A DNA stretch of 64,000 bases. It comes from Octopus vulgaris (Eukaryota). The notes beneath the pieces were generated by a model that worked only from the letters and a program-made list of their open reading frames with translations, searched no databases and was not told the origin of the DNA. A program made the translations under genes and the position numbers. Numbering within the stretch: position 1 is the first letter of the stretch; the number at the start of each line of letters is the position of its first letter. Of the stretch, positions 50,502-63,682 are shown in pieces. The stretch covers positions 2,542,001-2,606,000 of the forward strand of contig OX597841.1 in assembly GCA_951406725.2 (NCBI GenBank), written 5' to 3'.

Positions 50502-51481
50502 GGATCTTTTTCCTTTTGAACGGCACATGTCAACACAATTTCTAGTTAACTAAACACTTTAAAACTTCGTGTACTGGTAGAATGTGTCAAAATAAAACCT
50601 TTTTTTCTCTTGGCTTTCTTGAGAAAATTGTAACTTGTAAGTTTAACTTTTCGAATTTTAACCAATCCTATCGCCTCTATTGAGCTAAAATCATTTGCTG
50701 CGTCTAAAACTGAGACATCCTGTCACGAACCCTCACCCTAACCCTAAATTTTTTTTTTCTTAATTGTTAAATTAATTTAATTGTTACACGTGTAAAAAAA
50801 ACGAAAGCCATGGAAAATAATTTAAACAATTAACAAACAAAATAATTCTATAATTTTATACACACGCTTTCCGTACGTATACGGAAAGCGTGTGTATAAG
50901 ATTATAGAATTAAATTATTTTCCATTGCTTTCGGTTTTTTTTCTTAATTGTTATCCTTAAATTAATTTAACAATTAAGAAGAAAAAAATTAGGATTAGTG
51001 ACAGGATGTTGTCTCAGTTTTAGACGCAGCAATTGATTGGTTAAAATTCGAAAAATTAAACTACGTTAAACAAAACATCATCATCATTTAGCATCCGCTT
51101 TCCATGCTAGCATGGGTTGGACGGGTCAACTGGGGTCTGTGAAGCTGGAAGGCTTCGTCAGGCCCAGTCAGATCTGGCAGTGTTTCTACGGCTGGATGCC
51201 CTTCCTAACGCCAACCACTCCACGAGTGTAGTGGGTGTTTTTTACGTGCCACCGACACGGGGCCAGACAGAGCTGGCAAACGGCCACGAACGGACGGTGC
51301 TTTTACGTGTCACCGGCACGGGGGCCAGCCGAGGCTGGCAACGAACGAATTACAATTTTATCAGGAAAGCCAAGAGAAAAAAATGTTTTATTTTGACACA
51401 ATTCTACCAGTATACGAAGTTTTAAAGTGTTTAGTTAACTAGAAATTGTAGTGACATGTGCCGTTCAAAAGGAAAAGATCC
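50502..51481. mobile_element. fold-back MITE (GGATC TIR) containing a family E insertion (51076-51345)
   Basis: 8-bp TSD GTAATTTC; palindromic interior centred at ~50877. Confidence 0.85.
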
Positions 51482-51689
51482 GTAATTTCTTCCAAGTTTT
51501 GATTTTCTTTTGTAAGTATTTTGATTTGAAACTGTGCTGAAACCTATCTTAGTATAAGGAGAGAATATATTTGGAGAACATTAACATGAATCGCTTTGAG
51601 ATATGCTGGAAAATATATATTTCTTTACTACTCACAGAGGGGACAAACAAGAACAGACAAAGGGATTAAGTCGATTACATCGACCCCAT

Positions 51690-52117
51690 GGCGATCTTTC
51701 GTCTCTAGTAGACCTTTCCGTCGATTTCCGTAAAAAATTTTTTTTTTTACATATGGGCTTGCGGGAACTTTTGAAGTAATGAGAGCGAAAGAGACTAAGA
51801 GATAGCGATTGTATGACGAGGGAAGTTCTTTTGAAGTTACCGTGCATGGACTCTCTCTGTCTCTTCACACACACACTAACAGAAGCACTTCACTTACACA
51901 ACATACTGTCTGTCTCCCACACCCCATCAAACACACACACATGTACATCAATGCTCCCATGCACGGTAACTTCAAAAGAACTTCCCTCGTCATACAATCG
52001 CTTTCTCTTAGTCTCTTTCGCTCTCATTACTTCAAAAGTTCCCGCAAGCCCATATGTAAAAAAAAAAAATTTTTTACGGAAATCGACGGAAAGGTCTACT
52101 AGAGACGAAAGATCGCC
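51690..52117. mobile_element. Merlin-like MITE inserted in a SINE family D copy
   Basis: 9-bp TSD CGACCCCAT; both arms of the same type. Confidence 0.88.
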
Positions 52118-52314
52118 CGACCCCATTGCGTAACTGGTACTTAATTTATCGACCCCGAAAGGATGAAAGGCAAAGTCGACCTCGGCGGAATTTGAACCCA
52201 GAACACGTTACGGCAGACACGTGTTCTGGGTTCAAATTCCATACTAGAAGTATCGCCCAGCGTTGCTTGGGTTTGTTTTGGCCCTTTAGAATGTATACGA
52301 AGTTTAAAAGTGTT

Positions 52315-52736
52315 GGCGATCTTTCGTCTCTAGTAGACCTTTCCGTCGATTTCCGTAAAAAAATTTTTTTTTTTTTTACATATGGGCTTGCGGGAACTTT
52401 TGAAGTAATATACATACATATACACATACACCGAGTAAAAAAATTCAGTTATCTCTTTCTTTCACACATTACTCTATTCTCTTCACACATACTAACAGAA
52501 GCACTTCACTTACACAACATACTGACTGTCTCCCACACCCCATCAAACACACACACACACATGTACATCAATGCTTCACATTCACGGTAACTTCAAAAGA
52601 ACTTCCCTCGTCATACAATCGCGTTCTCTTAGTCTCTTTCGCTCTCATTACTTCAAAAGTTCCCGCAAGCCCATATGAAAAAAAAAAATTTTTTACGGAA
52701 ATCGACGGAAAGGTCTACTAGAGACGAAAGATTGCC
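52315..52736. mobile_element. Merlin-like MITE inserted in a GGATC-MITE end
   Basis: 8-bp TSD AAAGTGTT. Confidence 0.88.
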
Positions 52737-53134
52737 AAAGTGTTTAGTTACGTGGAAATTATTTTTAAAAAACTGCCGTTGAAACCGAAAAGATCCGAAA
52801 GTATTAAATCAGGCGTGTGTTCAGTTTATTACCCCGACGCGAATTCGAAGATACGAATTCACGGCTTAAAAAAGTGAAGCTAAGCCCAGAACTTATTTGG
52901 AAGAAGTTTATGAATGAACCTCGAGGAAACTTCAAACTTGAAACTGGACGATTTCTTAAAAACCCGACATAAGTGATTCGTTGTGAAAGAGGTAAGTAGA
53001 CAATGCTTTTACATAAAAGGCCTTACGTGAAAACCTTCCAGGATACAGTAATTATATTAAGATATTAAAACAACATTACAAGTTTGGGAGATGGATCTAC
53101 TTTCTCGTCTCCCTGTCTTTTATTTTCTGTATTT

Positions 53135-53637
53135 CTTTTCGGTTTGACCGGCAGTTTTTTAAAATAATTTCCACGTAACTAAACACTTTTAGGGTACTAC
53201 TAACGAAGACTGGACCCGGTGCGCGCACATGCGCTAGCTAGTCGTAAGTAGTCGATCCTACAACGACTTGCGCGTATGCAAATGAGTTGTGCATATATAC
53301 ACACACACACACATGATTAAAAACTAAAAGAATATATCGCACATTTTATTTGATTTGTGTAAAAAAAATCATATACATTGTTCTAATAAATAATTTATTT
53401 ACTTTCTTTAAAAACTTCTGTTATTTTATTCTGTAAAATCAACTCATTTGCATACGCGCAAGTCGTTGTAGGATCGACTACTTACGACTAGCTAGCGCGC
53501 ACCGGGTCCAGTCTTATGTAGTAGTACCACACTTTTAAACTTCGTATACTGGTAGAATTTGTTTATGGTCATAATTATGGGTGGCAATTTCATATGACAC
53601 CGCTAGAAAAAACTGCCGTTCAAACCGAAAGTATCCC
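53135..53637. mobile_element. GGATC-MITE with nested GGGTACTAC MITE (53192-53529)
   Basis: Nested element has 8-bp TSD CACTTTTA. Confidence 0.75.
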
Positions 53638-54173
53638 AACAGCAGTTCACAAGCCCTTGTAGTGACGTCATTCTTCAGTGTGCGTGTGCGGGGCTGGAAC
53701 CTTCTGGAAAGGCCTAAGGAAGTTCCCTCATGCACATGTGCTAAAAACTGGGGGAAAAAATTCTATCGCATTCCTTGTTAGCGTCGGTGATTTGAGACAC
53801 GGCTATTGAAGAGAGAAGACGTGTGATCAGCCTATTCTCCTGTCCCAGATGCTTGGGATTTGACCTGCTCTGTTCCTGCTGAATTGGTTGTGAGGTTCAT
53901 CTTACAAGTGTTAAACTTCAGCCTTGCTGTACCGACACCAAGTGGTTACCAATATACCAATGTGTCTTCTTTATGTAAATAAGAAAATAAAGAGTCATAT
54001 ATTTTTAAGGTTGCGTTCTTGTTCCTGACTGGTAGTTTCTGGAAACAAAAGAAAGGAAATTGTGTTGCACCCAAACAGTGTAAAGACACAACCAGTTCCT
54101 TTACAAGCCCTTGATGTCAGCGGTCAGAAGTTATTTCAGTAAATTTTTAATTTCACACCAGACTCGATATCGG

Positions 54174-54593
54174 GGCGATCTTTCGTCTCTAGTAGACCTT
54201 TCCGTCGATTTCCGTAAAAATATATATTTTTTTTACATATGGGCTTGCGGGAACTTTTCAAGTAATATACATACATATACACATACACCGAGTAAAAAAT
54301 TTCAGTTATCTCTTTCTTTCACACATTACTCTGTCTCTTCACACACACTAACAGAAGCACTTCACTTACACAACATACTGTCTGTCTCCCACACCCCATC
54401 AAACACACACACACATGTCCATCAATGCTCCCATGCACGGTAACTTCAAAAGAACTTCTCTCGTCATAAAATGGCTTTCTCTTAGTCTCTTTCGCTCTCA
54501 TTACTTCAAAAGTTCCCGCAAGCCCATATGTAAAAAAAATTTTTAATTTTTACGGAAATCGACGGAAAGGTCTACTAGAGACGAAAGATTGCC
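54174..54593. mobile_element. Merlin-like MITE
   Basis: TIRs; flanked by a 73-bp direct duplication. Confidence 0.85.
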
Positions 54594-54756
54594 TTACAAG
54601 CCCTTGGTGTCAGCAGTCAGAAGTTATTTCAGTAAATTTTTAATTTCACACCAGCTTCGATTTCGGTACAAATTTTTTTTTTCCTGCGCTATCTCTTGGG
54701 GCAAGCGTCTTTGTTGACCTTGTAAGCTGTCGGAAACGGATCTGTTCCATCTCATA

Positions 54757-55330
54757 CTCTCTCTCTCTTTTACTCTTTTACTTGTTTCAGTCATTTGACT
54801 GCGGCCATGCTGGAGCACCGCCTTTAGTCGAGCAAATCGACCCTGGGACTTATTCTTTGTAAGCCCAGTACTTCTTCTATCGGTCTGTTTTGCCGAACCG
54901 CTAAGTAACAGGGACGTAAACACACCAGCATCGGTTGTCAAGCAATGCTAGGGGGACAAACACACAAACACATACACACACACACATCATCATCATCATC
55001 ATCGTCGTTTAACGTCCGTTCTCCATGCTAGCATGGGTTGGACGGTTCGACCGGGGTTCTGGGAAGCCAGAAGGCTGCACCAGGCTCCAGTCTAATCTGG
55101 CAATGTTTCTACAGCTGGATGCCCTTCCTAACGCCAACCACTCCGATATATATATATATACATATATACGACAGGCTTCTTTCAGTTTCCGTCTACCAAA
55201 TCCACTCACAAGGCATTGGTCAGCCCGAGGCTATAGCAGAAGACACTTGCCCAAGATGCCACGCAGTGGGACTGAACCCGGAACCATGTGGTTGGTTAGC
55301 AAGCTACTTACCACACAGCCACTCCTGCAC
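54757..55330 (-). mobile_element. SINE family C with family E tail nested in its microsatellite (54986-55145)
   Basis: High identity to both families. Confidence 0.8.
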
Positions 55331-55673
55331 AGATTTTTAAAATTAATATTTTCTTTTAAACTGAACATTTTGAAACTTCGGTTACTGGTAGAGTTTGTCA
55401 CGCAGAACAGGGTTTGCTCTTAACGTTTTTGACCAAATTTTGTATTTTAGAAGTTTTTTTTCGTGTTACAGTTATCGTATTTGGGTAATTTTAACCAATC
55501 AGTGACGTGTATTCAGCTGAAGAAAATTACTGCTGCTATTTGCGAACAACTTCCGGGTTCATCGACAAAGCGATGAGTTCAACAACAGCAACATCTATGA
55601 GAATATGTCTGTCTATCTATCTGTCTGTCTGTCTATCTAATCTATCTATCTATCTAATCTCTCTATCTGTCTA

Positions 55674-55967
55674 GGAAGCACTCCGTCGGTTACGACGACG
55701 AGGGTTCCGGTTGATCCGAATCAACGGAACAGCCTGCTCGTGAAATTAATGTGTAAGTGGCTGAGCACTCCACAGACACGTGTACCCTTAACGTAGTTCT
55801 CGGGGATATTCAGCGTGACAAGAGTACAGCAGGGATCACCACTATCCCTGCCGGAGCTTTAGGTGTTTTCGCTCAATAAACACTCACAACGCCCGGTCTG
55901 GGAATCGAAACCGCGATCATATGACCGCGAGTCCGCTGCCCTAACCACTGGGCCATTGCACCTCCAC
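55674..55967 (-). mobile_element. SINE family F within (TCTA/TCTG)n microsatellite
   Basis: High identity to 61659-62022. Confidence 0.8.
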
Positions 55968-56722
55968 TCTGTCCGTCTATCTATCTATCTATCTATCTAT
56001 TCTATCTATCTGTCTGTCTGTCTATCTATCTATCTACCTACCTACCTACCTACACACACACACACACATTAATGATAGGTAGAAGTTACAGAGTGACAAT
56101 GGCCAAATTCGTGTTTCATGAGTGCCAATACACGAAACTCTCAGCTTTTGACTTACTCTTTAACTTCTGTCCATGATATATATATATATACATATATATG
56201 TGGAAAAAAATCTCATCACGCAATCGAACCAATGAAAGAGCCTTTACCTGGTCGTTCGACACGCTAAAAATAGCAGCCAAAGTATCCTATTGTACATAAT
56301 GTCCTAGATTGTCCGTAAAAAACCTGTTTGCTGAAGGCTGGAATGTCTTTGATGATAGGTTTGCTGTATCAGGGTTTATTTAAGGCTAATTAACAATACT
56401 GGAGCCTGTATGTGGTTGCATGACCTGCTAGAAAAAAACTTCTATCCTGTGACATACATGTAGAGTCCATTATGTCTGGGAAGAAAGATGGAATGGTCAC
56501 AGTTGGGACGTCTTTGATCATATCTGTTCAGTCAGATCCAACTCGGGACTAAACAACAGGTGACGTAGTGAACGAGGGAGCTTTTAGCTTGTCGCTCGAG
56601 TTGCTAGAAAGAGCAACCAAATCTTCCTGGCAAAAAAAAACATGATGCAAGTTTATATTATAATGTTCGCTCAACGCAACACAAACAAGAAAATTAGACT
56701 CATGCTCAACTCCTCATTAAAG

Positions 56723-57197
56723 ACACTTGCCCAAGGTGCCCTGTAGTGGAACTGAACCCAGAACAAAGAAGTTGTGAAGCAATCTTCTTACCACACAGCT
56801 ATGCCTGCAACTATACTCTTTACTCTTTTACTTGTTTCAGTCATTTGACTGCGGCCATGCTGGAGCACCGCCTTTCGTCGAGCAAATCGACACCGGGACT
56901 TATTTTTGTAAGCCCATTCTATCGGTCTCCTTTTGCCGAACCGCTAAGTGACGGGGACGTAAACACACCAGCATTGGTTGTCAAGCAATGCTAGGGAGGC
57001 AAACACAGACACACATACATATACATATATATGACGGGCTTCTTTCAGTTTCCGTCTACCAAATCCACTCACAAGGCATTGGTCGGCCCGAGGCTATAGT
57101 AGAAGACGCTTGCCCAAGATGCCACGCAGTGGGACTGAACCCAGAACAAAGAAGTTGGGATGCAATCTTTTTACCACACAGCTATGCCTGCAACTAT
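56723..57197 (-). mobile_element. SINE family C variant with duplicated head
   Basis: Family C body with an altered head, repeated at 56723-56812. Confidence 0.75.
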
Positions 57198-57281
57198 AAT
57201 ACAATTTTCAGAAATCATACATTATCTAACCTTCCAGCAATGTATAAACAGAACTTCAGGACATTTGCTTCTTTGGCTTCA

Positions 57282-57974
57282 CTTAACCGTTTAGTGTTCG
57301 CATTATTCTGCCAAAATTAATGCTTTTTCATCCACATTGTTTTGAACTAATCAGGCATTATCTTGTAGCTATGAGATTCTGATGAGGTAGCTGTTAATTT
57401 TTAAAATGATATTGTAGGATTGGTGTGAGAGACCAGATCTGGCCAGTTTGAACATAAAACTGGCAGAATACTTCTGGCCGGATATGGCCGGTTTAACCCT
57501 TTCGTTACCAACCCGGCCAAAGCCGGCTCTGGCTCTGTAGTACAAATGTCTTGTTTCCATAAGTTTTGAATTAAAATCTTCCTCCAAACCTTAGTCACAG
57601 TTTATGTTCCAATCGCTAGCTTAACGATAACCAAGTTATTTTACTAAATTCTTTGTTATATTTACAATTAATTGAAAAAAGCACAGAGCATCTCAACAGA
57701 AATATGGTAAGAAAAGGGTTGAAATATACAATAGAGAAACAATTCTTAACCCTTTCTATACCAACCTGGTTGAAACCACCTCTGGCTCTGTAGTACAAAT
57801 GTCTTGTTTTCATAAGTTCTGAATTAAAATCTTCCACCAAACCTTAGTCACAATTTATGTTCCTAACACTAGCTTAATGATAACTAAGTTATTTTATTAA
57901 ATTCTTTGTTATATTTAAAATAATTGAAAGGAACACAGAGCATCTCAAAATAAATATAGTAACGAAAGGGTTAA
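57282..57974. mobile_element. cluster of three TTAA-flanked piggyBac-like MITEs
   Basis: TTAACC...GGTTTAA, TTAACCCTTTC...AAAGGGTT x2; same family as 47928. Confidence 0.7.
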
Positions 57975-58219
57975 ATTTTACTTCCAGTTTCATTAGAATT
58001 CGAGATTGTGAAGGAAATTTCAATTTATCATTGCAGTAATATTTTAAACTCCCTACTGTTGAATCTGAAATTTCTATGTAACCTCTCCAGTTGACACAGT
58101 TTCTGTTATATTTCAGATAAGCAGAAGACATTGGCAGTAAAGAATACTTGTACTTCGTTGCTCAGAATCAACATTTGCAATCTTTGAAAGATTAAAGGGA
58201 AAAGTCCCAGGGCACAGAT

Positions 58220-58430
58220 ATCATCATCATCATCATCATCATCGTTTAGCTTCCGCTTTCCATGCTAGCATGGGTTGGACGGGTCAACTGGGGTCTGTGA
58301 AGCTGGAAGGCTTCGTCAGGCCCAGTCAGATCTGGCAGTGTTTCTACGGCTGGATGCCCTTCCTAACGCCAACCACTCCGCGAGTGTAGTGGGTGTTTTT
58401 TATGTGCCACCTGCACAGGTGCCAGACCGG
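58220..58430 (-). mobile_element. family E tail inserted in predicted 5'UTR of gene 8
   Basis: Lies between the acceptor at 58116 and the ATG at 58697. Confidence 0.8.
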
Positions 58431-58696
58431 AATATGTGAACACATGGTGGAATTACTGTGGAATATTTCTTCTGAGTGAGAGCATTGGCAAAATATCTCT
58501 ACTTCACTGTCTGGAATATGTTGAAGATGATGGTATTGTAATTAAACTTGGATTCCAAAGGAGTTTGAGGCATCTTCAGATATTGACTGAGTGAAAAATT
58601 AATGGAAATATAAGAGAATAAATATTTGTTAGGAGTAAAAAAAAGATTAGTTCAGGAAAAGAAAAAACATTTGAATATTGTGGTAAGGGAAGGAAA

Positions 58697-60136
58697 ATGA
58701 TGGCAAAGGAATTGTGTGAAGGCAATGTTAAATGTAAATCAGAGTTTGAAAATAATGATTCTCTTGATGAGATGCCGAATGATGGAGAGGAAAAGTCATA
58801 TTGTTGTGATGTATGTAAAATGTCATTCTCTCGAAAAAGTAAACTTGCTGCACACAAACGTACTCATACAAGAGAGAAACCATTTGACTGTAACATCTGT
58901 GGTAAATCGTTCACTCGAAGAAGTGACTTGACTAAGCACAAACGCATTCATACGGGAGAGGAGCCAAATCAATGCAGTAAATCATTCTCCGAAAGAAGTA
59001 ATTTTGATAATCACAAATACACTCACACAGGTGAGAAGCCATATCAGTGCAATGTCTGTAGTAAATCCTTCTCTCGAAGGAATCAGTTAACCAGACACAA
59101 ACATATTCATACAGGTGAGAAGCCATTTCAATGTGTTACCTGTGGCAAATCATTCTCTCGGAAAAATACTTTGACTACACATATACTGACTCATACAGGA
59201 GAGAAACCACATCGTTGTGATATCTGTGGTAAATCATTCGCTCTAAACACTCAGTTAACCAGACACAAACGTATTCATACAGGAGAGAAGCCATATCACT
59301 GTGGTATCTGTGGTAAATCATTCTCCGACGTAAGTGCTTTTAATAATCACAAATATACTCACACAGGGGAAAAGCCAAATCACTGTGATATCTGTGGTAG
59401 ATCATTCTCTCTAAGCCATCAGTTAACCAGACACAAACGTACTCATACAGGTGAGAAGCCATATCGGTGCAATATCTGTGGCAAATCATTCTCTCGGAAA
59501 GATTATCTGAAATTACATATGTACATTCATACAGGAGAGAAACCATATCATTGTGACATCTGCGGTAAATCATTCTCTCAGAGTAGTGCCTTGACTTCAC
59601 ACAAACAGTCTCACAGAGAAGAGAAGCTATTTCACTGCAATGTCTGTGGTAAATCATTCTCTCGAAATGATTGCTTATCTATACACAAACGCGTTCATAC
59701 AGGAGAGAAGCCGTGTCACTGTGATATCTGTGGCAAGTCATTCTCTCTAAGCCATCAGTTAGCCAAACACAAACGTACCCATACAGGAGAGAGACCATAT
59801 CACTGTGATATCTGTGGTAACTCATTCTCTCAAAGTAATGGCTTAGCTACACACAAACTTGTTCACACAGGAGAGAAGCCACATCGCTGTAATATCTGTG
59901 GTAGGTCATTTTCACTCAGCTGTGTGTTAACTGACCACAAACGTATTCATACAGGAGAGAAACCATATCGTTGTGATATTTGTGGCAAATCATTCTCTGT
60001 AAGAAGTAACTTAGCTACACACAAGCGTATTCATACTGGAGAGAAGCCGTATCACTGTAATATCTGTGGTGAATCATATTCTCAAAGTGGTCACTTAACA
60101 AAACACCAACGCATTCATACAGGAGAGAAACCATAA
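58697..60136 (+). CDS. C2H2 zinc-finger protein, 16 fingers (finger 3 degenerate) (gene 8)
   Basis: Intact 479-aa ORF; more divergent leader. Confidence 0.93.
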   Translation: MMAKELCEGNVKCKSEFENNDSLDEMPNDGEEKSYCCDVCKMSFSRKSKLAAHKRTHTREKPFDCNICGKSFTRRSDLTKHKRIHTGEEPNQCSKSFSERSNFDNHKYTHTGEKPYQCNVCSKSFSRRNQLTRHKHIHTGEKPFQCVTCGKSFSRKNTLTTHILTHTGEKPHRCDICGKSFALNTQLTRHKRIHTGEKPYHCGICGKSFSDVSAFNNHKYTHTGEKPNHCDICGRSFSLSHQLTRHKRTHTGEKPYRCNICGKSFSRKDYLKLHMYIHTGEKPYHCDICGKSFSQSSALTSHKQSHREEKLFHCNVCGKSFSRNDCLSIHKRVHTGEKPCHCDICGKSFSLSHQLAKHKRTHTGERPYHCDICGNSFSQSNGLATHKLVHTGEKPHRCNICGRSFSLSCVLTDHKRIHTGEKPYRCDICGKSFSVRSNLATHKRIHTGEKPYHCNICGESYSQSGHLTKHQRIHTGEKP

Positions 60137-60373
60137 ATGACCTCTCTGGTAAATCATTACTCTTTGCTCTTTTACTCGTTTCAGTCATTTGACTGCAGCC
60201 ATGCTGGAGCATTGCCTTTAATCGAGCAAATCGACCCCCGGACTTATTCTTTGTAAGCCCAGTACTTATTCTATCGGTCTCTTTTGTCGAACCGCTAAGT
60301 GACGGGGACGTAAACACACCAGCATCGGTTGTCAAGCAATGCTAGGGAGATAAACACAGACACACAAACACAC

Positions 60374-60417
<44 letters not shown>

Positions 60418-61240
60418 GACAGGCTTCTTTCAGTTTCCATCTACCAAATCCACTCACAAGGCTTTGGTCGGCCTGAGGTTTTAGTAGAAGACACTTACCC
60501 AAGATGCCACGCAGTGGGACTGATCCCGGAACCATGTGGTTGGTTAGCAAGCTACTTACCACACAGCCACTCCTGCACCTCGAAATTATCACTCAATTAC
60601 AAATGGAGGAGAGGAACTTTACCACTGTGATGTCCCATTCTCTTTAGCTTAAATACACATAAATGCATTCATACAGAAGAGGAGCCATATTGTCACACCT
60701 GTTGGAAATTATTCACTCGAAACAATCAGTTAACTAAATGCAAATCCATTCCTAGAGGAGAGAAATCTTTATATATAAAAGTGAGGTTGTGTGCTGTCTG
60801 TCTCCTACGATTTAGATTCCTAACTACTCCCACATTTTGCAGTGCAGTTTAACCAAAACCGGGTATCTTATAGTCGTGATTCATATCGAACCCTTCTGGG
60901 TATTAGCGCACGTCTATGACGAGTCTACGATTTAAAAAAAAATTTACCATCATTTTTTTCGCTATTATATAAGGGAAGTAACTCTCTAAAAATGTCTACG
61001 ATGAGTCAACGATTTTTTAAAAAAATTTTCCATCATTTGTTTTCCATTTTTTTGCTATTTTTTGGCTATAACTCTCTAAAAATGCTTATATAGTTATTTC
61101 CCTTACAAACCCGAGCAACGCCGGGTGATACTGCTAGTCGATAATAAATCATTCGCTCAAAATGATAACTGAACTATACATAAGTATATTCATACAAGGG
61201 AGAAGCTGTATCACTCTGATAAATCATTCCCTCAAAAGAC
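60137..61240 (+). pseudogene. decayed zinc-finger tail after the gene 8 stop, interrupted by SINE C (60159-60578) and a Helitron (60766-61137)
   Basis: GGTAAATCATT, CATTCATACAGAAGAGGAGCCATAT and ATTCATACAAGGGAGAAGCTGTATCAC remnants. Confidence 0.65.
60766..61137 (+). mobile_element. non-autonomous Helitron
   Basis: A|TC ... CTAG|T; same subfamily as 6538. Confidence 0.85.
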
Positions 61241-61346
61241 CATTGATTACACATGTAATGTATCCTTACAAGTCAGTAATTGTATTGGTGTCATAATTCT
61301 GTCCATGACAGCAATATCTTATATAAGAGTATCTTACATATATAAT

Positions 61347-62022
61347 GTGGAGGCGCAATGGCCTAGTGGTTAGGGCAGCAGACTCGCGGTCGTAGGATCG
61401 CGGCTTCGATTCCCAGACCGGGCGTTGTGAGTGTTTATTGAGCGAAAACACCTAAAAGCTCCACGAGGCTCCGGCAGGGGGTGGTGGTGATCCCTGCTGT
61501 ACTCTTTCACCTCTCTTTCTTCTGTTGGCCTGCTTCGCTTAGCCAGCGGGGTGGCGTCATTCGAAGGCTAAAACAATGCTAACGCATTGTGACCAGCGAT
61601 GTGTAACTACATCTGATGGACTGGTCGGTCACGTGATGATGTTGATATATATAATAAAGGAACACTCCGTCGGTTACGACGATGAGGGTCCCAGCTGATC
61701 CGATCAACGGAACAGCCTGCTCGTGGAGTTAACGTGCAAGTGGCTGAGCACTCCACAGACACGTGTACCCTTAACGTAGTTCTCGAGGAGATTCAGCGTG
61801 ACACAGAGAGTGACAAGGCTGGCCCTTTGAAATACAGGTACAACAGAAACAGGAAGAAAGAGTGAGAGAAAGTTGTGGTGAAAGAGTACAGCAGGGTTCA
61901 CCACTACCCCCTGCAGGAGCCTTGTGAAGCTAGGTGTTTTTGCTCAATAAACACTCACAATGCCCGGTCTGGGAATCAAAACCGCGAGTCCGCTGCCCTA
62001 TCCACTGGGCCATTGCGCCTCC
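61347..62022. mobile_element. two family F SINEs tail-to-tail (61347-61637 +, 61659-62022 -) with different 3' tails
   Basis: Shared ~160-bp head in inverted orientation. Confidence 0.8.
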
Positions 62023-62245
62023 ATATATAATAAAATGCAACACATGTCCTGTTGGTGATGCTATTTAAAGAAGAGTTAAACAATGACTGGAGGGGGAGTA
62101 ACAGCCTAATGCTTAATGCAGGCAAACTGCAATAAAAAAATTTTGCTCTGAAGTTGTTGGTATTTTAATCAAAATAAAATTGCACCTTTTTATTGTAAAT
62201 TGCGTTTAGCTTATCACTTTCACAAACACACACTTGTCAATATAT

Positions 62246-62452
62246 ACTCTCTCTCTTTTACTCTTTTACTTGTTTCAGTCATTTGACTGCGGCCATGCTG
62301 GAGCACCGCCTTTAATCGAGCAAATCAACCCCAGGACTTATTCTTTGTAAGCCCAGTACTTATTCTATCGGTCTCCTTTTGCCGAACCGCTAAGTGACAG
62401 GGACGTAAACACACCAGCATCAGTTGTCAAGCAATGCTAGGGGGACAAACAC

Positions 62453-62527
<75 letters not shown>

Positions 62528-63290
62528 CATATATACGACAGGCTTCTTTCAGTTTCCGTCTACCAAATCCACTCACAAGGCATTGGTCGCCTCGGGGCTA
62601 TAGCAGAAGACATTTGCCCAAGATGCCACGCAGTGGGACTGAACCCGGAACCATGTGGTTGGTTAGCAAGCTACTTACCACACAGCCACTCCTGCGCCTA
62701 TATATCTATAACAAATCAAATACTAAACTTTTATTTTTTTTTTCAGAATATTTTTGTTTCCTTTGCCAAGTAAAGAATAACATATTTTACAGATTTCTCC
62801 AATCCTAGAAATGCAAACAAACATGTACACATGCACACATTCATACACATATGTATGCACATGTATTGATGTATATATCTATCAAGGCGCTGGAGTGGCT
62901 GTGTGGTAAGTAGCTTGCTAACCAACCACATGGTTCCGGGTTCAGTCCCACTGCATGGCATCTTGGGCAAGTGTCTTCTGCTATAGCCCCGGGCCGACCA
63001 ATGCCTTGTGAGTGGATTTGGTAGACGGAAACTGAAAGAAGCCTGTCGTATATATGTATATATATATATATGTTTGTGTGTCTGTGTTTGTCCCCCTAGC
63101 ATTGCTTGACAACCGATGCTGGTGTGTTTACGTCCCCGTCACTTAGCAGTTCGGCAAAAAGACACCGATATAATAAGTACTGGGCTTACAAAAGAATAAG
63201 TCCCGGGGTCGAGTTGCTCGATTAAAGGCGGTGCTCCAGCAAGGCCGCAGTCAAATGACTGAAACAAGTAAAAGGGTAAAGAGTAAGAGT
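62246..63290. mobile_element. two family C SINEs head-to-head (62246-62698 -, 62885-63290 +)
   Basis: Near-identical inverted copies about 190 bp apart. Confidence 0.85.
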
Positions 63291-63556
63291 ATATGTACAA
63301 AGGGGTCCTAAAAGGTTTGTGATTTTGGTTAAAAGAAAATACAGGAGGATCAGTTAATTATGATTTTATTCAACATACTTATTGCAGCAGCCCCTCAGTT
63401 TTTCTAAGTTCTATAAAAGTGGAAGAGAGTTTGAACATTAAAGCTTGGTGGACATGGGACGGCAGAGTTCATGGTCAATCTGTGCCAAGTGGCTTCACTC
63501 TGCCTGCTTTATCTTTGTTACTATGGTAACAGTTCGGATATTTATTGATCAGACAA

Positions 63557-63682
63557 TCATCATCATCATCATCATCATTTAGCGTCCGTTTTCCATGCTA
63601 GCTTGGGTTGGACGGTTCAACTGGAGTCTGTGAAGCCAGAGGGCTGCATCAGGCCCAGTCTGATCTGGCAGTGTTTCTACAG
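63557..63682 (-). mobile_element. family E tail fragment
   Basis: (CAT)n plus TTTAGCGTCCG. Confidence 0.75.

Noticed and set aside
53661-53672. AGTGACGTCA as the gene 8 promoter
   Set aside because: Lacks the GGA ETS part, the upstream box and exon-1 homology; cannot be supported (a donor-like AG|GTAAGT at ~52992 is also unverified)
61347-61420. tRNA genes (also family C and D heads)
   Set aside because: tRNA-like heads run directly into SINE bodies and occur in multiple diverged copies
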